Sequence record: SRR2962707_3097
Length of the DNA stretch: 64,000 bases
Strand: one strand, 5' to 3'
Shown: positions 48,213 to 57,716 of the stretch, piece by piece
Layout: each line of letters begins with the position of its first letter
Numbering within the stretch: position 1 is the first letter of the stretch
Notes under the pieces: model-generated
The model's input: the letters and a program-made list of their open reading frames with translations, nothing else
Database searches by the model: none
What the model was told of the DNA's origin: nothing
Translations under genes and position numbers: made by a program

Positions 48213-49982
48213 ATGATTCAAAAGAACACCATTCTTTCAAAATTAGGCTACCTTCAGTATCGTCCGTTACAGGAAGAAGCTATTGATGCGCTGTGCTTAG
48301 GCCAAGATGTTTTGCTTGCTGCACCGACTGGCGGCGGCAAGTCATTAGTGTATCAATCTGCTGGACTTATCAGAGAAGGGGTTGGGATTATTATTAGTCC
48401 TTTAATTGCCTTGATGTCACAACAAGTCGAAGAGCTGAGAGAAAAAGGCATCAATGCCCATTTCCTGAATGCCAATTTGCAGCCTAGTGAACACGATGAT
48501 CTGGTTTGGGCATTGCGTAATAACCACATTGACCTCTTGTTCTTATCCCCTGAAAAGCTCGTACAACCCTCTGTTATGAGCTTCCTAGACAGTATGTCTA
48601 TTTCTCTGTTTGCCATTGATGAAGCCCATTGTATTACGCAGTGGGGTGGCTCCTTTAGACCAGAATATGGGCAACTTGGACAGCTTAGACAGCGTTTTCC
48701 TGATGTGCCTATTATTGCGTTAACCGGTACGGTCGATGAGGCAACCATTCGGGTTATTCAAACCTCGTTAGAAATGACCAATAGCCTAGTTTTAAAGGGC
48801 AGCTTTGACCGAAAAAACATCGAAATTCAAATTGCTCAGAAAAGAAAATCCAAGCTACAAGTCCTGTATTTTCTGCACAATGAAATGGCAGGGGAAAGTG
48901 GCATCATTTATTGTCGTTCCCGCAAGAAAACAGAACAACTCGCAAACTGGTTAAATCAACTTGGTTTGCCAAGCTTGGCGTATCATGCGGCTATGAGCGA
49001 CAGGGACAGACAGCTTAGCCATAAACGATTCTCGACGGAAAAGGGATTGATCATGGTGGCCACCACCGCTTATGGAATGGGCATTGATATTGCTTATATT
49101 CGATTTGTCGTGCATGTGGATTTACCAGACAGCCCCGAGGCTTACTTTCAAGAAATAGGCCGCGCAGGGCGCGATGGCAAGCCCGCCAAAGCCTTGTTGC
49201 TTTACGGCTTACAAGACATGCTTAATGCTCAGCAATTTAGCGCCTTTCAGGATCACGAAGATGGGGATAAATCGGCACGACTGAGTGCGTTTTTCAAAGT
49301 CATTGAAGGTCGAGGCTGTCGCCGTAAAAACTTGCTCAATCATTTTGGCGAGGCGTCTGATAACTGTGGTCATTGTGATCGCTGCTTGCATCCTTCGTCA
49401 GAACAAAACACCACGATCGCCAGTCAGAAATTGCTGTCATTAATTTATCACACCAAAGGGATTCGCCCTTTTTCTGTGCTGATACAGGTATTATTAGGGA
49501 AAAGAACTAAAGGTGTGAGTGCAATACAGGGGGAGCGACTGTCATTATTTGGCAAAGGTAAGGAGCTTAATGAGGCGCAATGGAAAGCGGTGATTCGTCA
49601 TTTAATTGCCTTCAATTATATCGAGGTTCATCAAGCTCAGGTGTTTTGTGTTCACCTAAAAGAAAAAGCCCGCAGCGTATTGAAATCACAAGCACAAATT
49701 TTGTTGGCACAAGAGAAGTATTACCCAACATTAGACAGCGAAGAGAGCATTAAAGAAACGGCCACTTGGCATAAGTTAAAGAGTTGGAAGCTATCCCAAG
49801 GCAGTGACACATTAAGCGACAATCAGCTGAGAAAGGTTTACCAACACAAACCTAATTCTATTGCTTCACTAAGTCGGCTAACGGGTTTGTCAAAAGAGTC
49901 TGTGGCGGCTTTCGCAGCATCATTGCTGCCATTGCTGCATGACATCGAAGAGAGAAAGGAACAGGATTATGCTTGCGAGTAG
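48213..49982 (+). CDS. recQ: RecQ-family DNA helicase
   Basis: PTGGGKS, IDEAHC, GIIYCRSR, YFQEIGRAGRDG, Zn-binding CRR...CGHCDRC, RQC region. Confidence 0.92.
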   Translation: MIQKNTILSKLGYLQYRPLQEEAIDALCLGQDVLLAAPTGGGKSLVYQSAGLIREGVGIIISPLIALMSQQVEELREKGINAHFLNANLQPSEHDDLVWALRNNHIDLLFLSPEKLVQPSVMSFLDSMSISLFAIDEAHCITQWGGSFRPEYGQLGQLRQRFPDVPIIALTGTVDEATIRVIQTSLEMTNSLVLKGSFDRKNIEIQIAQKRKSKLQVLYFLHNEMAGESGIIYCRSRKKTEQLANWLNQLGLPSLAYHAAMSDRDRQLSHKRFSTEKGLIMVATTAYGMGIDIAYIRFVVHVDLPDSPEAYFQEIGRAGRDGKPAKALLLYGLQDMLNAQQFSAFQDHEDGDKSARLSAFFKVIEGRGCRRKNLLNHFGEASDNCGHCDRCLHPSSEQNTTIASQKLLSLIYHTKGIRPFSVLIQVLLGKRTKGVSAIQGERLSLFGKGKELNEAQWKAVIRHLIAFNYIEVHQAQVFCVHLKEKARSVLKSQAQILLAQEKYYPTLDSEESIKETATWHKLKSWKLSQGSDTLSDNQLRKVYQHKPNSIASLSRLTGLSKESVAAFAASLLPLLHDIEERKEQDYACE

Positions 49983-50496
49983 GCAACAGCAACCCCCTCT
50001 TGATCTAGACGATAGCGCGTCACTGGCGGCACAAATTCAGCACAAAGTGACCTTGTGTATGCAGCAAGCGGATGTTTTCTTTGGTAAACATTTTGACCCG
50101 CCAAGCTGTAATTTAAAGCAGAGAGGGCGGGCTGCTGGTACCGCGCATCTGCACAAAAATGAGGTGCGCTTTAACCTTTTGATGCTGCAGCAAAATACCG
50201 CGCTTTTTCTGGAGACAGTGGTACCCCATGAAGTCGCGCATATCATTGTTTACCAAATTTATGGTCATGAAGTTCGCCCCCATGGTAAAGAGTGGCAAGC
50301 TGTGATGAAAAAGGTGTTTCATCTTGAGCCAAACCGAACCCATAACTTTGAGGTTCCCTTACCAAAAAAAGCCTTCCGCTATCAATGCCAGTGCCAAATC
50401 CATACTTTCACAGCCCATCGTCATAACCGAGCGAAGAAGGGCACCGAATACATTTGCAAGCTGTGTCGCTCTCCACTTTATTTCTTGAAAGAATAA
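49969..50496 (+). CDS. sprT: SprT-family zinc metalloprotease
   Basis: RGRAAG, VVPHEVAH, PHGKEWQ, YQCQC, YICKLC. Confidence 0.92.
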   Translation: MLASRQQQPPLDLDDSASLAAQIQHKVTLCMQQADVFFGKHFDPPSCNLKQRGRAAGTAHLHKNEVRFNLLMLQQNTALFLETVVPHEVAHIIVYQIYGHEVRPHGKEWQAVMKKVFHLEPNRTHNFEVPLPKKAFRYQCQCQIHTFTAHRHNRAKKGTEYICKLCRSPLYFLKE

Positions 50497-50604
50497 TTAA
50501 TGAGAGGTTTGTGACCTCCATGGGGTAAGAGCAGATGTTTTTTAATGCGACTGGGAGGACTGTATAGTAAGATAGTCGCATTTCGTTTTATACACGTGTG
50601 GACC

Positions 50605-51441
50605 ATGGATTTTACTAGCAAACCCAAAGAAAAAGCCGAGCTTAACAAGCTCCAAAAACGCTTACGCAGACAAACAGGTCAGGCCATCGCAGACTTCAAT
50701 ATGATTGAAGAGGGTGATAAGGTAATGGTGTGTTTGTCTGGCGGTAAAGACTCATACACAATGCTTGAAATTCTTCGTAATTTACAAGCCAGTGCACCGA
50801 TTAATTTCGAACTCGTTGCGGTCAATTTAGACCAAAAGCAACCCGGCTTTCCTGAGCATATTTTACCGGCTTATTTAGAAGAGCAAGGGGTGGATTTCCA
50901 TATATTGGAACGCGATACCTACAGTATCGTTAAAGAAATTGTTCCTGAAGGAAAGACCACATGCGGCTTATGCTCACGTTTAAGACGAGGTTCCCTGTAC
51001 GGATTTGCAGAAGAAATTGGCGCCACTAAGATTGCCCTGGGTCACCACAGAGATGACATCTTAGAAACCCTCTTTTTAAATATGTTTTTTGGTGGTAAGT
51101 TAAAATCAATGCCACCAAAGTTGCTTAGCGATGATGGCAAGCATGTGGTTATTCGTCCTTTGGCTTATTGCAAAGAGAAGGACATCGAAGCCTTTGCTAC
51201 CGCAAAGTCTTACCCAATTATTCCTTGTAATTTGTGTGGTTCCCAGCAGAACCTGCAAAGACAAGTGGTAAAAGATATGCTTCAGCAATGGGATAAAGAG
51301 TACCCAGGTCGTACGGATATTATGTTTACAGCAATGCAGAATGTCGTTCCTTCTCACCTTGCTGATACTGAGTTATTCGACTTTAAAGAATTAAAGCAAT
51401 CAGAAGATGCTTTCAACAAGTTAAACATCATCTCAATATAG
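50605..51441 (+). CDS. ttcA: tRNA 2-thiocytidine(32) synthetase
   Basis: [30 protein letters not shown]. Confidence 0.96.
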   Translation: MDFTSKPKEKAELNKLQKRLRRQTGQAIADFNMIEEGDKVMVCLSGGKDSYTMLEILRNLQASAPINFELVAVNLDQKQPGFPEHILPAYLEEQGVDFHILERDTYSIVKEIVPEGKTTCGLCSRLRRGSLYGFAEEIGATKIALGHHRDDILETLFLNMFFGGKLKSMPPKLLSDDGKHVVIRPLAYCKEKDIEAFATAKSYPIIPCNLCGSQQNLQRQVVKDMLQQWDKEYPGRTDIMFTAMQNVVPSHLADTELFDFKELKQSEDAFNKLNIISI

Positions 51442-51446
51442 GATTA

Positions 51447-52019
51447 ATGGAAATGAATCTAACGAATAAGGCCTTACTGCTAACAGCGGGTATTTTAAGT
51501 TCATCCATGGTGTTGGCGTCTAACGCAGGCGTGAGCTTAACCAATGATTTAGCTAAAGCTGATGTGAGCCTAGACATGGGGCCTTTCGCCTTGACGGCTG
51601 GCGGCACGCACGATTCTGATGATGACACTTCTTCAGCTTATGTTGGCTTAAACATTCAAGACACAGACACTAGCGGCCCATTGCAGATTGGTCTTGGGGT
51701 TCGTGTGTATGCGCTGGATAACAATCTGAACGGCAGAAACGATGATGTGGCGGTTGCTGCAGCATTGGGTGGTTGGTACCGTTACACCTTCCCAATGGCA
51801 AATCGCTTAAGCGTTTATGGCTCAGCGTATTACTCTCCTGAAGTCTTGTCTGTGTCTCGTTTGGATCACATGTACACTTACGACGTTCGTGGTGAATACA
51901 TGACCACTCAAAACACACGTGTTTACATTGGCTATGGCAGCACAGTGTCTGTTTATACCAATGATGAGCGTCGCGAAACAAGCGATGGTCTTAGCGTTGG
52001 TGCTTCCGTCGCATTCTAA
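51447..52019 (+). CDS. YfaZ-family outer membrane beta-barrel protein
   Basis: Signal peptide, YYSPEVLS, C-terminal Phe. Confidence 0.8.
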   Translation: MEMNLTNKALLLTAGILSSSMVLASNAGVSLTNDLAKADVSLDMGPFALTAGGTHDSDDDTSSAYVGLNIQDTDTSGPLQIGLGVRVYALDNNLNGRNDDVAVAAALGGWYRYTFPMANRLSVYGSAYYSPEVLSVSRLDHMYTYDVRGEYMTTQNTRVYIGYGSTVSVYTNDERRETSDGLSVGASVAF

Positions 52020-52039
52020 GAATGGGCTGGGTTAAGCAT

Positions 52040-52071
52040 AAAAAAAGGTGGTCATATTGACCACCTTTTTT
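52040..52071. terminator. Bidirectional intrinsic terminator
   Basis: AAAAAAAGGTGGTCA-TAT-TGACCACCTTTTTT. Confidence 0.88.
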
Positions 52072-52110
52072 GTTTCTGCTGCCCCTGCTAATTAGGGGCA
52101 GAAGTGTGTA

Positions 52111-52653
52111 TTACTCGCCTGCAAATGCGCAAAGACTGAAAATAGGGATCTCATTGTCGCGTAACTTTTGGCTGCCCCCAAGATCAGGCAGATCAATAAT
52201 AGCGGCGACTTCTTTGATTTCTGCTCCTTGGCTAGTAAGCAGTTCAATGGCAGCAAATAGGGTGCCACCGGTTGCAATCAAATCATCAAACAGCAACACA
52301 TGATCGCCTTCTTTAACCGCGTTTTCTTGAATCTCAAGCTCTGCTGAACCGTATTCCAAATCATAGCTCTGAGAAATGGTTTTGCCCGGTAGCTTACCTT
52401 TTTTTCGAATCAAAATAAGTGGCTTTTGCAGTTCATAAGCTAATACAGCTGCAATCAAAAAGCCTCGAGCATCAATACAGGCAATGTGTGTGATATCGCT
52501 TGCGATATAGCGATGCACGTAAGCATCCACCACCATGCGCATGCCTTTCGGGTCGCTAAAGATAGGAGTGATATCGCGGAAACTGATGCCAGCTTTTGGC
52601 CAGTCTTCAACAGTGCGAATTAATGACTTAACGTAAAAATCGTCGTAAAGCAT
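52111..52653 (-). CDS. apt: Adenine phosphoribosyltransferase
   Basis: WPKAGISFRDITP, DARGF, RKKGKLP, YDLEYG, FDDLIATGGT. Confidence 0.96.
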   Translation of the reverse strand: MLYDDFYVKSLIRTVEDWPKAGISFRDITPIFSDPKGMRMVVDAYVHRYIASDITHIACIDARGFLIAAVLAYELQKPLILIRKKGKLPGKTISQSYDLEYGSAELEIQENAVKEGDHVLLFDDLIATGGTLFAAIELLTSQGAEIKEVAAIIDLPDLGGSQKLRDNEIPIFSLCAFAGE

Positions 52654-52679
52654 AAAGGGAAAGAGCCTTAATTTGTGAA

Positions 52680-53441
52680 TCAAATATCGGCTATTCTAGC
52701 ACAATCGTCCGCTATCCCTACCAACTTTTGCATCTCGCTCAGGTTGATGATTGAAATCTCTTTGCCGTCTACCTCGATCAGCTCATTTTTTTGAAAACGA
52801 GTCATCACTCGGCTAACCGTTTCAACCGCCAAGCCTAAATAGTTACCTACTTCGCCGCGAGACATGGCCAATCTAAATGAAGTGGCTGAATAACCGCGTT
52901 TTTTAAAGCGGTTGGAAAGGTTCAATAAGAAAGAGGCGACTTTTTCGTCGGCATTCTTTTTACCCAGCAAGACCATCATTTGTTGGTCATCGCTGATTTT
53001 TCGGCTCATCACCCTAAACAATTGATGTTTCAGAGAAGGGATTTGCGATGTTAGGTTCTCAAGGTGGCTAAACGGAATTTCACACACAGTCGTGGTTTCC
53101 AGCGCTTTCGCTGTAATCGGGTAGCTATTGTTATCAATGCCACTCAAGCCAACCAGCTCACTTGGGCAATAGAACCCTGTGATTTGCTCTTCACCAGAAG
53201 CCGTGATGTTAAATGTTTTTAGTGTCCCAGTACGAACTGCAAACACTGAATCAAACGCTTGTCCTTGATGAAATAGAATCTCACCTTTTTTAAGTGGGCG
53301 CTTCCTTTCAATGATCTGATCCAGTCTATTTATATCTTCATCAGCCAAAGCAATAGGCAGACATAATGCACTTAGACTACAGTTCTGACATTGCGAAGTA
53401 AGTTTACTGTTAAATCTTGATGGTGCGGTTGAGATTGACAT
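52680..53441 (-). CDS. fnr: FNR/ANR anaerobic regulator
   Basis: CQNCSLSALC, VCEIPF, YLGLAVETVSR. Confidence 0.95.
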   Translation of the reverse strand: MSISTAPSRFNSKLTSQCQNCSLSALCLPIALADEDINRLDQIIERKRPLKKGEILFHQGQAFDSVFAVRTGTLKTFNITASGEEQITGFYCPSELVGLSGIDNNSYPITAKALETTTVCEIPFSHLENLTSQIPSLKHQLFRVMSRKISDDQQMMVLLGKKNADEKVASFLLNLSNRFKKRGYSATSFRLAMSRGEVGNYLGLAVETVSRVMTRFQKNELIEVDGKEISIINLSEMQKLVGIADDCARIADI

Positions 53442-53465
53442 AAATGTTTCCCTGACTGTAATTTA

Positions 53466-54836
53466 TTATATAACTTTAGAGTATTTGATAGCGCTGTCTA
53501 GATACTGATCAAACACCATGCACACGCAACGAATCAAAAGGCGTCCTCGCTCTGTTACCCTAATATGAGTATGTTCCTTAAGGTGATCGATTTCAACAAT
53601 TCCATCTTTTTCCAGTTGTTCTAATTGTTCTAATTCTTGGGAAAAATACTGGTCAAATTGAATTGAAAAGGCTTTCTCAATAGACTCGCTACGCAATTCA
53701 AATTGGCTAATTAAAGTCATAATAACTTGATGACGAATACGGTCATCTTGATGACTTATATAGCCTTTCATAATGGCCAACTGACCATTTTCGATGCTGT
53801 TTTGATAAAGCGATAAATCCGTGTGGTTTTGAATGTATACGCCTTTTAAGTGGCTAATGGCCGACACACCAAATGCAATCAAATCGGTTTCTGCGTGGGT
53901 GGTGTAGCCTTGGAAATTACGCTGTAATTGGCCTTTTTCTTGCGCCACTTTCAAACTGTCGTTTGGCTTGGCAAAATGATCCATGCCAATGTATTCATAA
54001 CCCGCTTCAGTTAATGTCTCAATGGACAGCTTTAATAAGTTTAATTTTAATTCTGGAGACGGCAAGTCTTGGTCTAGTATTCGGCGCTGTGAGCGAAATC
54101 GATCCGGTAGATGAGCGTAGTTAAAGACGGAAATTCGGTCTGGGTTTAACTCAATCACTTTCTCTAATGTCTCTTTAAAGCCTGCAATTGTTTGCTTTGG
54201 CAGGCCATAAATAAGATCAAAGTTGATCGAAGAAATGCCCAGCTTTCTGGCGTCTTCAACCAAGTTGCTGACCATTTTTATTGGCTGCACTCTGTGAATA
54301 GCAAGCTGTACTTCTTGATCAAAATCTTGCACGCCAATACTGATACGGTTAATGCCATTTTTTACCAGTAATTGCATTTTTGACGAGGTGATTTCTCGTG
54401 GGTCAATTTCGATGCTGTAATCTTGGCTGCCATCTTGCACTAGGGTGAATTGTTGATTTATCGCGGCAAATAATTGCTCTAGATGCTGCTCAGAAAGAAA
54501 CGTTGGAGTCCCGCCGCCAAAGTGCAACTGGGTAACAGGTCTATGCTGATCAATCATCAGGCTCCGTAAACGCATTTCCTCTTCGAGTAATTCTACGTAC
54601 TCAGCGCCTTTATCATATTGCTTGGTAACCACCTTATTACAAGCGCAGTAATAACAAAGATGCGCGCAAAAAGGGATGTGAAAGTACAAACTGATAGGGC
54701 CTTGATTTGGCACTAGCATTTTGTCAATTAAAGCAATTTTACTGATGGCATTATCAAATTGTGGTGCTGTTGGGTAAGAGGTATAGCGGGGCCCAGATAA
54801 GTTGTATTTGGTGATAAGCGATTGATCCCAAAGCAT
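53466..54836 (-). CDS. hemN: Oxygen-independent coproporphyrinogen III oxidase
   Basis: GPRYTSYPTA, HIPFCAHLCYYCAC, GGGTPT, IGMDHFA, RNFQGY. Confidence 0.97.
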   Translation of the reverse strand: MLWDQSLITKYNLSGPRYTSYPTAPQFDNAISKIALIDKMLVPNQGPISLYFHIPFCAHLCYYCACNKVVTKQYDKGAEYVELLEEEMRLRSLMIDQHRPVTQLHFGGGTPTFLSEQHLEQLFAAINQQFTLVQDGSQDYSIEIDPREITSSKMQLLVKNGINRISIGVQDFDQEVQLAIHRVQPIKMVSNLVEDARKLGISSINFDLIYGLPKQTIAGFKETLEKVIELNPDRISVFNYAHLPDRFRSQRRILDQDLPSPELKLNLLKLSIETLTEAGYEYIGMDHFAKPNDSLKVAQEKGQLQRNFQGYTTHAETDLIAFGVSAISHLKGVYIQNHTDLSLYQNSIENGQLAIMKGYISHQDDRIRHQVIMTLISQFELRSESIEKAFSIQFDQYFSQELEQLEQLEKDGIVEIDHLKEHTHIRVTERGRLLIRCVCMVFDQYLDSAIKYSKVI

Positions 54837-54894
54837 GGTGTCTTCCTATTAAATTTTCTAATGCGAAGTTTACTCTTAGCCTCAGGGTGGCTTC

Positions 54895-54908
54895 ATGATA
54901 TAGATCAA
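54895..54908. promoter_or_regulatory. FNR box upstream of hemN-fnr-apt
   Basis: ATGAT-ATAG-ATCAA, 9/10 to TTGAT-N4-ATCAA. Confidence 0.75.
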
Positions 54909-55019
54909 AACTTGCTTCTAGTAAGTGTACGAAATCCTATGCAAGGCTTGCCTATCCGCCTCTTCAAAGGAGCCTGGGAATCTGCTCTAATGACTTTTTT
55001 ATTTTGGTGCCTGATTTAT

Positions 55020-55616
55020 ATGTTAAAACTTCCTCTCTATTTGGCGCACGGGGCTGGTGCGGGCCATCAATCGAGCGACTTTTTGCGCGCTTTTGCCGAT
55101 ACTTTGACCCAGCAACACGCAAGACCAGTGGTCCCTGTTACATTTGATTATATGAAAGAGCAAGAACGGACCGAAAAAAGGCGTCCTCCTTCTAAATTCG
55201 TCAGTTTAGTGCCTGAATTTGCCGCGCAAATTGGCACTGAGAAAGCCCTGATTGTGGCGGGTAAGTCGATGGGGGGGCGAGTGGCCACCCAGCTTTCAGA
55301 GCAAGAAAATGTTAAAGCGATTGTCTGTTTGGGGTTTCCCTTTCATCCGCCAGGAAAGCCTGAAAAACACAGGTTGGCCTTTTTGGATGCGGTGAGTGTG
55401 CCTTGTTTAATCATACAGGGCACAAGAGACCCTTTTGGCAAGCCTGAGTGGGTCAATGAGCAAACACTTAATGAGAAGGTTGAAGTTCAATGGTTTGAGG
55501 GAGCCGATCATGATTTCAAAACATTAAAAAAGCAGAAACTAAGCACAGATGAGGTTATTAATAATATTTCGGTGTCTATTGAGGCTTGGTTAGCGCGTCA
55601 TGGATTGGACTACTAG
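55020..55616 (+). CDS. Alpha/beta hydrolase (KANL3/Tex30-like)
   Basis: AHGAGA, GKSMGGR, LGFPFHP, QGTRDPFG, ADH. Confidence 0.88.
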   Translation: MLKLPLYLAHGAGAGHQSSDFLRAFADTLTQQHARPVVPVTFDYMKEQERTEKRRPPSKFVSLVPEFAAQIGTEKALIVAGKSMGGRVATQLSEQENVKAIVCLGFPFHPPGKPEKHRLAFLDAVSVPCLIIQGTRDPFGKPEWVNEQTLNEKVEVQWFEGADHDFKTLKKQKLSTDEVINNISVSIEAWLARHGLDY

Positions 55617-55640
55617 CCAGTGCGTTTTATAATGCGCCCC
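55605..55640 (+). promoter_or_regulatory. Sigma-70 promoter of tusA with GC-rich discriminator
   Basis: TTGGAC-N17-TATAAT-GCGCCCC. Confidence 0.6.
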
Positions 55641-55668
55641 ATAAACAACGACAAAGAGTGAGTCGATA

Positions 55669-55905
55669 ATGGAACACCAAGCTGAATTGGACGCTACTGG
55701 GTTGTTATGCCCTGAACCTGTGATGATGCTGCATGTCGAGATGCGCAAATTGGCAGAAAAAAACATTTTAAAAGTGATTGCAACAGACCCTTCAACAACT
55801 CGAGATATCCCTAAGTTCTGTAACTTTTTAGGTCATACTTTGCTTGAGCAAGCGCAAGAGGGTGATACTTACTTTTATTGGATTCAAAAGAAAGCAAGCC
55901 AATAG
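55669..55905 (+). CDS. tusA: Sulfur carrier protein
   Basis: [28 protein letters not shown]. Confidence 0.95.
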   Translation: MEHQAELDATGLLCPEPVMMLHVEMRKLAEKNILKVIATDPSTTRDIPKFCNFLGHTLLEQAQEGDTYFYWIQKKASQ

Positions 55906-55943
55906 GGCTTAAAAAGTCTGTCTTGAAAACAAGGATTTAACCC

Positions 55944-55984
55944 AAAAAAAAGCTCATGCCTCTGAATCGTGGCATGAGCTTTTT
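55944..55984. terminator. Bidirectional intrinsic terminator
   Basis: AAAAAAAAGCTCATGCC...GGCATGAGCTTTTT. Confidence 0.88.
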
Positions 55985-56008
55985 AGGTTTTCAGGGTGTC
56001 TATTAGGG

Positions 56009-56602
56009 TTAGGCTACCTGCAATTTGCTTGGCGCGTGTACTTCACCCAATAAAGCGATTTTATAAATATTGCGGAAACTTGAAAAGGTAACATCGATGT
56101 CCAATTTTAATTGGCGCGCAATGTCGCTTGAAGAAATCAATCCACGAATCGTTTTGTTGTTCTCATCAATAACAAGAAGGTGCTGTAGCTCATTGGTTTT
56201 TTGGCTGTACAACAATGATTCAATGTCGGCATTTTTCAATGAGTTGTAAGACAGCGCCAATAGCGTTTCTTTTGGACGCATTAGGTCAGCAACCAAAAGT
56301 TCAGAGCGAGTAAAACCTTTTGCGACTTGCTTGATGAAAGCTTCTTCAGACAGGTCTTCTAACCCTACCACACCGACAAATGCGTTGTTGGCGTCTACCA
56401 CTACTTTCATGCGAACGTGCTCTTTTCTCATTAAGCGAACCAATTCGTCAGCACGAGTACTAGACTCAATAACACGAGGCGCCGCGGTTTTAAAATCTGT
56501 GAATACGCTTAATGCAGGAGAATATAGGTTGATATTCTCGATGGTTACAGGCCAAGTTAATGCATTAACGTCTTTAGTAGAAACATAAGTAAGTGTTTTC
56601 AT
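56009..56602 (-). CDS. Stand-alone CBS-pair protein
   Basis: SPALSVFTDF, HVRMKVVVD...FVGVV, VADLMRP, QHLLVID...IRGLISSSDI; GGAG RBS. Confidence 0.88.
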   Translation of the reverse strand: MKTLTYVSTKDVNALTWPVTIENINLYSPALSVFTDFKTAAPRVIESSTRADELVRLMRKEHVRMKVVVDANNAFVGVVGLEDLSEEAFIKQVAKGFTRSELLVADLMRPKETLLALSYNSLKNADIESLLYSQKTNELQHLLVIDENNKTIRGLISSSDIARQLKLDIDVTFSSFRNIYKIALLGEVHAPSKLQVA

Positions 56603-56659
56603 GATAGTTCTCCAAAAATAGATAAAAAAAGTAAATTGGTGAGTTATATCAAGAAAACA
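56594..56659 (-). promoter_or_regulatory. Predicted hairpin sequestering the SD and start codon of the CBS gene
   Basis: mRNA UGUUUUCUUGAUA (56659-56647) pairs 12/13 with UAUCAUGAAAACA (56606-56594, contains the AUG); CUC(AC)CAA can pair with UUGGAG (SD). Confidence 0.75.
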
Positions 56660-56949
56660 GGAGGGGCCCTTGGTTTGATTCTATCAGAAGGTGATGTGCT
56701 AATAGGATGACGGTAAAATGAAAACAGCTTGTTGTCTTTTTTAGTCGGCACTACTAATGAAAGGTATAATGCGACGTAGCTGTCATCTATTGGGTCAACA
56801 TCTAAATCAGGAATGGCGGCTTCACAGCATATCTGCCCAGTCGCTGGCACCCAGCGCTGTTTACTTTCTTCTTGTGCGTTCGCGCGTTGAGACAGGCTCA
56901 ACAAAGACGATGCGATAACGACAAGAATGATAAGTAGATGGAAGTTCAT
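56644..56949 (-). CDS. Putative secretion-monitoring leader / ribosome-arrest peptide (signal peptide + C-terminal RAPP)
   Basis: MNFHLLIILVVIASSLLSLSQRANA signal-like N-terminus, CC at 41-42, RAPP at 94-97 of 101 aa; alternative start at 57024. Confidence 0.7.
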   Translation of the reverse strand: MNFHLLIILVVIASSLLSLSQRANAQEESKQRWVPATGQICCEAAIPDLDVDPIDDSYVALYLSLVVPTKKDNKLFSFYRHPISTSPSDRIKPRAPPVFLI

Positions 56950-57173
56950 AAAACGCCTTAACTCATGATTTATATCATTAAATATATTCTTCTCCGGAAA
57001 TAAATCCAGCGTTTTTTGATACATGTCGCGTATTTACACTATCCAATATCTTTTTTTGGGATCTCGTTCACTATAAGGACGAAACAGGGACCTTTGCAGA
57101 CCAGTTTTAAAGCATTAGTAAGTGATGTGTGAGGGCGCTACATATATAAGAACCGCTTGCGCCGTCTTTCAAT

Positions 57174-57199
57174 AAAAAAGCACAGAAAATCTGTGCTTT
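57174..57199 (-). terminator. Intrinsic terminator of the MaoC gene
   Basis: AAAAAAGCACAGA-AAA-TCTGTGCTTT; separates the leader-CBS unit from upstream transcription. Confidence 0.8.
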
Positions 57200-57225
57200 A
57201 TATTAAAGGAACGATAAGTGCTTAA

Positions 57226-57648
57226 CTATTCGCCCGCAGGTACCATAACAATGGCTTCGCCTGTTACTACGGCTTTGCCTTCGCATTCACATACGGTTTT
57301 TAACGTCACACGACGGCGGCGCTCATTAATCTCAGCCACTGTGATTCTGGTCACGACTTCTTGACCCAGAAAAACAGGCGCACGGAATTTCAAGTTTTGC
57401 TCCAGGTATATGCAACCAGGTCCTGGTAATTGCGTACCTATCGCGGCAGAAATAAAGCCAGCAGACAACATGCCATGGGCTATTTGCTTACCAAAAGACG
57501 TCGTTGCTGCGTATTGTGCATCGAGATGAACAGGGTTGGAGTCGCCTGTGACAGCCGCAAAGGTATGAACATCATCCTCTGTTACTATCTTGCGGTATTC
57601 GATGCTTTGATCGATGAATAATTGCTCTAAAGTGAAACCAGAAGTCAT
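57226..57648 (-). CDS. MaoC-family (R)-enoyl-CoA hydratase (PhaJ-like)
   Basis: FAAVTGDSNPVHLD, IAHGML, LPGPGCIYL. Confidence 0.9.
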   Translation of the reverse strand: MTSGFTLEQLFIDQSIEYRKIVTEDDVHTFAAVTGDSNPVHLDAQYAATTSFGKQIAHGMLSAGFISAAIGTQLPGPGCIYLEQNLKFRAPVFLGQEVVTRITVAEINERRRRVTLKTVCECEGKAVVTGEAIVMVPAGE

Positions 57649-57716
57649 TGCTAATCCTTATCTTACATTTTTTCGCTATGTTACACTCTTGGCGCACCAT
57701 TCTTAAGAGGTATTGC

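Noticed and set aside
50559-50578. LexA-like CTGTATAGTAAGATAG upstream of ttcA
   Set aside because: The right half-site lacks the invariant CAG and ttcA is not an expected SOS gene
56950-57173. Riboswitch in the region upstream of the RAPP leader
   Set aside because: No recognisable aptamer motifs by eye; an Rfam scan would be needed
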